The notes under the pieces were generated by a model. That model searched no databases, was not told the DNA's origin, and worked only from the letters and a program-made list of their open reading frames with translations. Positions 45,482 to 52,542 of a stretch of 64,000 nt of DNA are shown in pieces. The position numbers were made by a program, and so were the translations under genes. Origin of the DNA: Kiritimatiellia bacterium (GTDB lineage: Bacteria; Verrucomicrobiota; Kiritimatiellia; RFP12; UBA1067). The stretch is from assembly GCA_017447805.1 (NCBI GenBank), contig JAFSMR010000059.1, positions 1,198 through 65,197 of the forward strand, written 5' to 3'. Within the stretch, counting starts at the first letter, position 1. Every line of letters begins with the position of its first letter.

Positions 45482-45510
45482 ATTATATCATTTCGTGGGG
45501 TTCATATCAA
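45482..45510 (-). promoter_or_regulatory. putative promoter of the BamD-like gene (TTGATA-17-TGATATAAT), leaderless geometry
   Basis: -10 at 45487-45482, with only 7 nt (ATGCGAC) between the hexamer and the ATG at 45474. Confidence 0.6.
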
Positions 45511-45562
45511 GGGTGACGCGCATGATAAAAATCTTCATTAAAAAATTTTTTAACTACCCCCC

Positions 45563-45591
45563 TTGCACGATTCTGAAAAATATGATACAAT
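45563..45591 (+). promoter_or_regulatory. putative promoter of the tRNA-Asp/tRNA-Gln pair (TTGCAC-17-TGATACAAT)
   Basis: -35 at 45563-45568 and -10 at 45586-45591. tRNA-Asp starts 22 nt downstream. Confidence 0.6.
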
Positions 45592-45612
45592 ATGCACTGC
45601 TTTTCGGAACAC

Positions 45613-45689
45613 GGGGTTGTGGCGCAATTGGTTAGCGCACTGGACTGTCGATCCGGGGGTTGCGGGTTCGAGCCCCGTCGACCCCGCCA
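45613..45689 (+). tRNA. tRNA-Asp (anticodon GUC)
   Basis: Manual cloverleaf: acceptor GGGGTTG/CGACCCC, anticodon loop CTGTCGA, T-loop TTCGAGC, encoded CCA. Confidence 0.9.
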
Positions 45690-45707
45690 GTACGGGAAGA
45701 ACGAGGA

Positions 45708-45781
45708 TGCCTCGTGGTGTAATGGTAGCACCGCAGATTCTGATTCTGCTTGTTGGGGTTCGAGTCCCTGCGAGGCAACCA
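45708..45781 (+). tRNA. tRNA-Gln (anticodon CUG)
   Basis: Manual cloverleaf: acceptor TGCCTCG/CGAGGCA (a U1:A72 pair, as in bacterial tRNA-Gln), anticodon loop TTCTGAT, encoded CCA. Confidence 0.85.
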
Positions 45782-45794
45782 TTAAAGCCAAAAG

Positions 45795-45826
45795 AAACCC
45801 CTTCATCATCGGGGTTTTCTTTTTAT
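45795..45826. terminator. bidirectional rho-independent terminator
   Basis: The stem AAACCCC/GGGGTTT (loop TTCATCATC) is followed by T-runs on both strands. It sits between the convergent tRNA pair and the gene of about 1032 aa. Confidence 0.7.
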
Positions 45827-45922
45827 CATATTTTCCCGCAATTCAGCGACCCGAATGTCTGAACATTCAGAACACCTGAACGCGGCAATGCGCCCTGGAC
45901 AGCCAAACAGCGCTAAGCGACA

Positions 45923-48900
45923 TTATTCTGTGCTAAGAGGTGGAGTTTGGCCTTTATTTTCGTAGAGAACCTTCAAATTCTCCTTTGCGGTCTCAGAACC
46001 TAGACGCGCGGCCTTCTCGAGAAGCTTGATTACAGATTTCTCATCGTAAGAGCCGGAATTGGCGACTCCCGAATAGAAGAGAACTGCAAAATTGTTTAAA
46101 GCTTCTGCATCATCTTCATTCGCGGCAAGAATCGTGTTGCCGATCGCGCGCGAAGGAAGTTCGTTGAAATAATCAAGAGATGCGACCTTGCCATTGATTG
46201 TAGTTATGAACAAATATTTTCTTTCTGCAAAGAAAGTTCCATACTCCGCAGTGATCGCAAAATACAAATCAGGCTCCAGCCACCACATTGCAATTGCGCT
46301 TGAATAAACATCAAGTATTTCATCGGGTACTGGCGGCTTGCCTCTTTCAGATATGTAAATCCCTTCGATCGCTTTTTCTTCGAGGATATCTTTCAAGAGG
46401 TCGGCGACCTCTTCCTTATCGCATCGTGAATAATTTTCATCAAGTTTTTTGTAAGCCATCTCTTCAAAGTATGCGTTGCCGGCAGAATATGTCAATTGAA
46501 TCGAAGCGTATCCATGCTCTTCATTTTGCTTTCTAGCGCCTAGTTCATCATCCAGCAAACGATAAGCACCATCTGGAAGCTCTACTAAAACTCGAGCGCA
46601 TTCAGCCTCAATATCATCCATATCAATTCGCCAAAGATCATTCGTGCTTTCGTTAAAAGGAGAAAATTTCATCTTCTTCAATTTCTCCGGTGGCTTTAGC
46701 CCTTTTGCTTTAAGCGCGGCCCAACCATCCTCTCTTCTTATTTCATCACTTCGAAGATACCATTCTTTCACGCCATACTTCAACCCCACATAATTATAAT
46801 AGCCTATCATCATCTGATTCATCATAGGTACACGAAAGCCGCTTTCCTCGCTAAAATCCGCCCTTAGGCAAATTTCAGGGTTATACTTGTAGGGTTTTAA
46901 AGGTAAAGGTCTAAGAGTGCCAAATTTATCTTTCTCATCTTTATATTCATATTTCCAGCTTAGGCTGGTTTCGGTCGGGTGCGACATGTTCTCATCGTAG
47001 ATGTGCCCTTGCCAAGCGAGCATTTCTGGAGACGATATATCTTCCAGATCGAGTTCTTGTTGCCAAGTCGCCTTCAGCGAGCGCAAAACATCAAGTGGGC
47101 GGCCGTATTCATCGCGCGATACAACCAGCAGCCCTTCTCGTGTAAATTCATTAGTCGTTACCGTATCGTTAGAATCCCTAGAAATTCTTTTCCACCCGAT
47201 AAAATCGCCATCTTCATCGTAGGAGATTATATCTTTATAGTCGCCCTTCGTGCAAAGATCGCAAACCCAACCATCAATTTGGCGATTATCATAATCTATG
47301 GAAACAAGTCTGCCGCTTTCATCAAACTCGCGCGTATCGTTGGGGCTAAAATAGAAACTTATAACAAAAGGTATTGAAGCGCGCGAATCGACTACATGGA
47401 AGCAGCCGATATCCACGCGCGAAGTTTTTACCTTTTGGCCGCCGGGCGACTCCGCTTCAAATACTTCATGATAATCGACCTCTATTTTTACTTTCAACTT
47501 ATTATCGTCCAGCGGAGTTATTCTTACCTTGCTTTCATCGCCTTGCAAAACTTTCCACACAAACTCGCGATTCATGCCGAGGATCGGTTCGTGATTCTCA
47601 TCGCGGTCGACAGGATCGCATAGTTCCAAAATTATTGCGCCTGTTTTTTCCATCCAAACAGCATTGATTCCTATACAAAACGCTCCTTTGGTCAAAATCC
47701 AATTGCGCGCCTCTTTCCTTTCCACATTCGTCGCTAGATGTGGTTTGAATGCTAATTCCATATTGCCGCAAAAATATGGCGAGAGAGGAATCTTATCTAG
47801 GCTCTTTGCTTCTTCTAAGGCTTTAGCACAATCTATTTGATCGAATGAAAGAGTTGGCCTATGCGCAATGCCACTCATGAAAGATGTTTCGTTTGTTACA
47901 CATTTGGCGGCATGGCGAATAATATTTATCGCATCAGTTGATGCATCTGCAATGTTTTTAGCCGCCCTTATCTTCATAATCTCGCCGACTAGACGAGCAA
48001 ATTCACAGCCTTGAACATCATCTTCGCCTTGATAATTGATTGTTACAGGTGAAAATGCGTAAAAGCGATCTATACCATCTACACACCCTGAATCTATGCT
48101 CGCGGCATATATGCCGACTTGGTTCGCTAAATCGTAAAACAATTCTTGTCGTGCAAGATCTAAACTTGATAATACTATTGAAGCTGGCAGACTTACATGG
48201 AATCTTTTCGGATCTCTATCAAACACGCACGAAGACATCGCAATAGTTGGATAGTAATGACTATCATCCGGATCTATAAAACCAATAGAAGAGGGTCCTG
48301 AATCTATTTTGAATTCGCTCGCACCTTTCGGAAGATGAGCGTACAGCATATCTTCGCCAGGCGCCGAAGAAAGTTTTTCCAGCGATTGGTCGAGAAATAT
48401 TATTTGCGCTGGATTAGCCTTCAATTTGCAAAGAAACGCGTCCCATGTGGAATCATAACCGACATTTCTATCTTGAATGAATAGCTCACGACCCTCACCG
48501 GCCTTTAACACTTCTTTCTTATTGCCGTTTCGCCTGGCAGCCACTTTCGCCATCTCGCAAATTTTTGCGAACCTCGGGTCGGTTGCAATTGAAGCGAAAT
48601 CTTCTTCTTCCGATATTGAATCCGCGTTGTCGTACCCAAGAAGAATGGCATATTCCAGATCTTTTACAACTTGATCGGCCAGCTTGCCTAAAATGGCGTC
48701 TGCACATGCGATATTATAAGCCATAACCGGCAAATCGATTTTATACTCCATAAAATCGAGTGTCATTTTTCTAAACTCTTCTGAGCGCGAAAGCTTATCC
48801 TCATTAACCCATTCCAAAGCTTGCGCGTAATCGTTAATAACATCGTGGTAATTGGGCCTTGCCCACAATGAGATGTTATTTGTCGCAACTTGGGGATTGG

Positions 48901-49021
48901 CCGCAATCAAAGCATCAAGCCTTTTCGCGCTATCTTCGATATCATAAATCGATTGCGCTTCTTGGGCAAACAGTTGAGAGGCGGCGAACAAAACAATTGC
49001 GATAGAGTATTTCATTTTCAT
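45923..49021 (-). CDS. large secreted protein of unknown function (about 1032 aa) with a C-terminal Sel1-like repeat
   Basis: Signal peptide MKMKYSIAIVLFAASQLFAQEA. The only motif I recognise is the C-terminal AEALNNFAVLFYSG...LLEKAARLGSETAKENL. Three sampled lines are 45% GC. Confidence 0.8.
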   Translation of the reverse strand: MKMKYSIAIVLFAASQLFAQEAQSIYDIEDSAKRLDALIAANPQVATNNISLWARPNYHDVINDYAQALEWVNEDKLSRSEEFRKMTLDFMEYKIDLPVMAYNIACADAILGKLADQVVKDLEYAILLGYDNADSISEEEDFASIATDPRFAKICEMAKVAARRNGNKKEVLKAGEGRELFIQDRNVGYDSTWDAFLCKLKANPAQIIFLDQSLEKLSSAPGEDMLYAHLPKGASEFKIDSGPSSIGFIDPDDSHYYPTIAMSSCVFDRDPKRFHVSLPASIVLSSLDLARQELFYDLANQVGIYAASIDSGCVDGIDRFYAFSPVTINYQGEDDVQGCEFARLVGEIMKIRAAKNIADASTDAINIIRHAAKCVTNETSFMSGIAHRPTLSFDQIDCAKALEEAKSLDKIPLSPYFCGNMELAFKPHLATNVERKEARNWILTKGAFCIGINAVWMEKTGAIILELCDPVDRDENHEPILGMNREFVWKVLQGDESKVRITPLDDNKLKVKIEVDYHEVFEAESPGGQKVKTSRVDIGCFHVVDSRASIPFVISFYFSPNDTREFDESGRLVSIDYDNRQIDGWVCDLCTKGDYKDIISYDEDGDFIGWKRISRDSNDTVTTNEFTREGLLVVSRDEYGRPLDVLRSLKATWQQELDLEDISSPEMLAWQGHIYDENMSHPTETSLSWKYEYKDEKDKFGTLRPLPLKPYKYNPEICLRADFSEESGFRVPMMNQMMIGYYNYVGLKYGVKEWYLRSDEIRREDGWAALKAKGLKPPEKLKKMKFSPFNESTNDLWRIDMDDIEAECARVLVELPDGAYRLLDDELGARKQNEEHGYASIQLTYSAGNAYFEEMAYKKLDENYSRCDKEEVADLLKDILEEKAIEGIYISERGKPPVPDEILDVYSSAIAMWWLEPDLYFAITAEYGTFFAERKYLFITTINGKVASLDYFNELPSRAIGNTILAANEDDAEALNNFAVLFYSGVANSGSYDEKSVIKLLEKAARLGSETAKENLKVLYENKGQTPPLSTE

Positions 49022-49050
49022 TATCTCTATAAAATAAAGAATTTCACAAA

Positions 49051-49713
49051 TCACAGAAATGCCGTTTGGTTTTCCAAAACTCGAGCAACCGGCCCGAATG
49101 TTACGCGATGCTCTGGGGTGGGGCCGAATTTTTCCAGCATCATTATATGATCTTTCGTCGGATATCCCTTGTGACGAGCAAAGCCATATTCAGGATATAA
49201 CGAATCGAGCCTCTGGCAATCGGCATCTCTTGCGGTCTTGGCCAGAATCGAAGCCGCTGCAATCAAAAGAGACTTGGCGTCACCCTTGATTATATTCTGC
49301 GCAGGATACGGCAAGCACTTTACCGGGTTGCCGTCAACAAGAATTCCTATTGTAGAGTCGGGCAAATTTTCTTTTATCTTCGCTCCGACTTGCTCGGCCG
49401 CCCTTTTCATCGCAAGGTGCGTTGCTCTCAATATATTCAGTTCATCGATTTCTTTAGGCGATGCGCTAGCTATCGCCCAAAAGCAATCGGGGGTGGATTT
49501 TATAATAGCGGCGAATTTCTCGCGCTTTTTTTCGCTGAGACGCTTCGAATCATTTACTCCCTTCCACTCGTTTTCAATCAAAACTCTGGCTCTATCCAGG
49601 TTTATGCTGACAGTTGCAGCATACACTCCGCCGGCAAGAGGTCCGCGGCCTGCTTCGTCAATCCCGATTATTGCATCATATCCAAATGCGCTTTCGTATT
49701 CAAGATTCGACAT
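49051..49713 (-). CDS. rnhB: ribonuclease HII
   Basis: IIGIDEAGRGPLAGGV...DSKRLS...HLAM...ILAK...GYP motifs. Confidence 0.92.
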   Translation of the reverse strand: MSNLEYESAFGYDAIIGIDEAGRGPLAGGVYAATVSINLDRARVLIENEWKGVNDSKRLSEKKREKFAAIIKSTPDCFWAIASASPKEIDELNILRATHLAMKRAAEQVGAKIKENLPDSTIGILVDGNPVKCLPYPAQNIIKGDAKSLLIAAASILAKTARDADCQRLDSLYPEYGFARHKGYPTKDHIMMLEKFGPTPEHRVTFGPVARVLENQTAFL

Positions 49714-49737
49714 TTCACGCTCCTCTTCTTAAAAGGC

Positions 49738-49779
49738 GAAAGTTGAAGGTTTAGAATGATTTCCCCGCCTTCAACTTTC
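49738..49779 (-). terminator. 12-bp perfect-stem hairpin between sialidase and rnhB (possible terminator/attenuator)
   Basis: GAAAGTTGAAGG (49738-49749) / CCTTCAACTTTC (49768-49779) with an 18-nt loop. On the minus strand it is followed by GCCTTTT. Confidence 0.5.
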
Positions 49780-49802
49780 TTCTTCGGTCTTTATGCTTCT
49801 TG

Positions 49803-50903
49803 TTACTTGAAAAATTCTTCAACGACCTTCGCCCTTGGCACAACGACAAAATTAATTGCCGCATATCCAGCGCCTTCATAAAGTACGCCTATATCTCCAC
49901 TGGCAAGAATCGTCATATCAGAATATGCCGCGCCCATGGGCTGAACACAAAAACCTTTGCCCCAGGTCTTGCCGTCATCCAGCGATGCGCGAACATAGAG
50001 GTTTGCTCTGCGGGTAGGGCTGTTGCAATTCGAGAATAGCAATACTTTGCCGTAACGCATAATCTGCGCATTGCACTGCGGATCGGCGAGCGTCGAATCG
50101 TAGTGGGAAGACCATGTCTCGCCGCGATCCTTCGAGAGGTGAATCTGTCTGCCGCCGCCGCGCCAACGCGAGTTAATCATCCACGTGCCATCGCTAAGCT
50201 CTACTACCTTGCATTCGTCGCCGTTCTTGACTGGCTTGCCGATCGCCTTCCAGGTCTTGCCGTGGTCGGTCGAACCAAAGAGAGCGTTCCCGTCATTTAC
50301 ATGCACAATCGTATGCAGAAGCGTTCCATCCTTCGTCTGAATTCCCGAACCGGATGAAATGAAGATGAAGCCGCCATTATCGCGTGCTTTGCCGAAATTC
50401 CAACCGGCGAAAGCGATATCTTGCGAAATTTCGCGCGGTTTGGACCATGTAGCGCCATTATCGGAAGATTCCTGTACGAAGAAGCGATAGACGTTCTTGT
50501 TCCAGTTCTCAGTGTTTTCCCATTTCCAAACATTATAAAAGAGGAAAATTTTACCTTCTTCCTTATCTACGATAAAAGATGGATCGCTTCCAGCCCATTT
50601 TTCCTGATCATTCCAAGGCCAAGTCCAAGAATTGACCGGCTCGGACCAAGTTTTACCGTCATCAGTAGAGCGGCGTATCGATATATTGATAGGCTGAAAG
50701 ACGTTCAAGTCGCCACCATTGTTTTTACGTGCATCGCAAGCAGCTACAATATCGCCGTTAGGTGCCGTGCAAATTGCAGGAATTCTGTAAACCGCGATTC
50801 CGGCTTCGCCATTTTTCCAGAGAGGGATGCTTGCTGCATCATCTGCAAACAGCGATGGGCTGGCGAGCAAAGCCGCTAAAGCAAAACTTACTATCTTTAA
50901 CAT
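49803..50903 (-). CDS. secreted exo-alpha-sialidase (GH33, BNR/Asp-box)
   Basis: A signal peptide, the YRIP motif (YRIPAICTAP) and five Asp-boxes (STDDGKTW, SSDNGATW, STDHGKTW, SKDRGETW, SLDDGKTW). A strong SD, GAAGGAGG, is present. Confidence 0.88.
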   Translation of the reverse strand: MLKIVSFALAALLASPSLFADDAASIPLWKNGEAGIAVYRIPAICTAPNGDIVAACDARKNNGGDLNVFQPINISIRRSTDDGKTWSEPVNSWTWPWNDQEKWAGSDPSFIVDKEEGKIFLFYNVWKWENTENWNKNVYRFFVQESSDNGATWSKPREISQDIAFAGWNFGKARDNGGFIFISSGSGIQTKDGTLLHTIVHVNDGNALFGSTDHGKTWKAIGKPVKNGDECKVVELSDGTWMINSRWRGGGRQIHLSKDRGETWSSHYDSTLADPQCNAQIMRYGKVLLFSNCNSPTRRANLYVRASLDDGKTWGKGFCVQPMGAAYSDMTILASGDIGVLYEGAGYAAINFVVVPRAKVVEEFFK

Positions 50904-50936
50904 CTTAATACCTCCTTCTTTTTTAAATTGCGAATT

Positions 50937-51965
50937 TTAATTTTGAGCGATTTTAGCTTTCAGTTCCTTCACTTCAGCCTTGAGTTTTGCGATCATCTTA
51001 GGCGCGAGCGTAAGCGCTGCGAGATCCTTCATGCTCACGGCGGGCGAGCCGATTACATATTTAAGCGTGCCATCAAGCGATTGCGGGACCCCGGCCTGCG
51101 GGCCGACCTGAACGCCATCGGCAATCTTGATATGCCCGGAAACGCCGGCCTGCGCCCAGATTAAGCAACCATAGCCGATTTCTGTGGAACCCGCGATACC
51201 GGATTGCGCAATCAAGCCAGAGTAGCCTTTGATCTTTACATTGTGGCCTACCTGAACGAGATTATCGATCTTTGTCATCGGGCCGATGTAAGTTCTGCCG
51301 ATTCTAGCCCTATCGATCGTAGTATTAGAACCGATTTCCACACCATCGCCGATTTCGACGATTCCAAGCTGAGGAATCTTTTCGATGTATACAGAACCAT
51401 CTTCCCGGCGACCATTATTAAAGCCATAGCCATCGCCGCCAAGCCTCACGCCGCAGTGTAGAATACAATCTGCGCCGACCCTCGTGCCTTCACGCAACGT
51501 GACTTGCGCATAGATATGGGTCTTTGCGCCGACAACGCAATTCTCGCCGATGAACACCTGCGCTTCGATTATTGCGCCTTCCCCGATTATAGTACCCTTT
51601 TCAATTACTGTATAAGGGCCGATATGCACCCTTTCACCAATCTTTACGCTTGGATCGATTATTGCTGTCGGATGAATCCCTGGCGCTCTCACCGGCTCTG
51701 GCGGAGCGAAAATTTTCGCCGCTTCCATACATGCGCGATTTGGATCGTCTACTCTTATGATCGCGCAAGGTGCGCCATGCGACCAGTCGTGCGGCAATAA
51801 GACTGCTGAGGCTTTAGTGGTTTCTACGAGCTTGACATGCTTCGGGTCCTTGCAAAAGCTCAAATCGCCTTCGCGCGCCTCTTCGAGGCCGCCGCAGGCG
51901 ACTATTTCGACATTTTCCCCCTCAAGGGTGCCGCCGAGCATGAACGCGAGCTCACTTGCTTTCAT
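50937..51965 (-). CDS. lpxD: UDP-3-O-acylglucosamine N-acyltransferase
   Basis: 342 aa with an N-terminal LpxD domain and long hexapeptide-repeat LbH region. Confidence 0.9.
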   Translation of the reverse strand: MKASELAFMLGGTLEGENVEIVACGGLEEAREGDLSFCKDPKHVKLVETTKASAVLLPHDWSHGAPCAIIRVDDPNRACMEAAKIFAPPEPVRAPGIHPTAIIDPSVKIGERVHIGPYTVIEKGTIIGEGAIIEAQVFIGENCVVGAKTHIYAQVTLREGTRVGADCILHCGVRLGGDGYGFNNGRREDGSVYIEKIPQLGIVEIGDGVEIGSNTTIDRARIGRTYIGPMTKIDNLVQVGHNVKIKGYSGLIAQSGIAGSTEIGYGCLIWAQAGVSGHIKIADGVQVGPQAGVPQSLDGTLKYVIGSPAVSMKDLAALTLAPKMIAKLKAEVKELKAKIAQN

Positions 51966-52512
51966 CGCGCCCCTTCGCTTCCTTGGGGTCTACCCCCATT
52001 TCTTGCAAAACCCCGTCGGTAATATCAAGGGCGCCTGCGCAGTAGAGCGCGGTGGAAGAATCGAGCACGAGGTCGAAACCGTTCTTCTTCGCATAAGATT
52101 CGATTCTCGCCTTGATATCATCGGCCTGAAGTTTCAACAAACGCGCTTCGTTATCCGCGAGATCTTGCTGAGTCTTCATAGCCTCGTTGCGCAGCTTCTG
52201 CTGCTGCTCCTGGAAGCGCTGGCCAAGCGCCATGATTTCGTTCTCGAGCTTTGCCTTGGCGCCCGCGGCCAGCATCGGATTGCGATATTCTTCGGTGAGC
52301 TTTTGGGCTTCAGACTGAATTTCTTCAAGCTTCGCCCTCATCGCATCAAGCCGCTTTTGATAATCTTTTTCCGTAGAAAGAAGGAATTGTTTGTTAGATT
52401 CATAGTTCGCGTGATTGCGAACAAGAAGCAGCATGTCGACAACGCCGATTTTCGTTTCGGCATAAGAAAGCGCACTCAAAAGAGCAACCGCCACCAGCAA
52501 AAGTTTCTTCAT
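51952..52512 (-). CDS. skp: periplasmic chaperone Skp/OmpH
   Basis: A signal peptide [18 protein letters not shown] followed by a coiled coil rich in Q, E and K. It lies between bamA and lpxD. I chose the second ATG (52512), which has an AAAGGA SD, over 52530. Confidence 0.85.
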   Translation of the reverse strand: MKKLLLVAVALLSALSYAETKIGVVDMLLLVRNHANYESNKQFLLSTEKDYQKRLDAMRAKLEEIQSEAQKLTEEYRNPMLAAGAKAKLENEIMALGQRFQEQQQKLRNEAMKTQQDLADNEARLLKLQADDIKARIESYAKKNGFDLVLDSSTALYCAGALDITDGVLQEMGVDPKEAKGRDESK

Positions 52513-52542
52513 TCCAATTTGTCCTTTCATTTTGAAACCATA

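Noticed and set aside
44728-45516. 262-aa plus-strand ORF, and similar long antisense ORFs at 9828-10505, 58531-59394, 59312-60016 and 33786-34388
   Set aside because: Each is antisense to, or out of frame with, a gene that has clear family motifs (BamD-like, ileS, nif3/VWA, the ABC-2 permease). None has recognisable motifs or translation signals.
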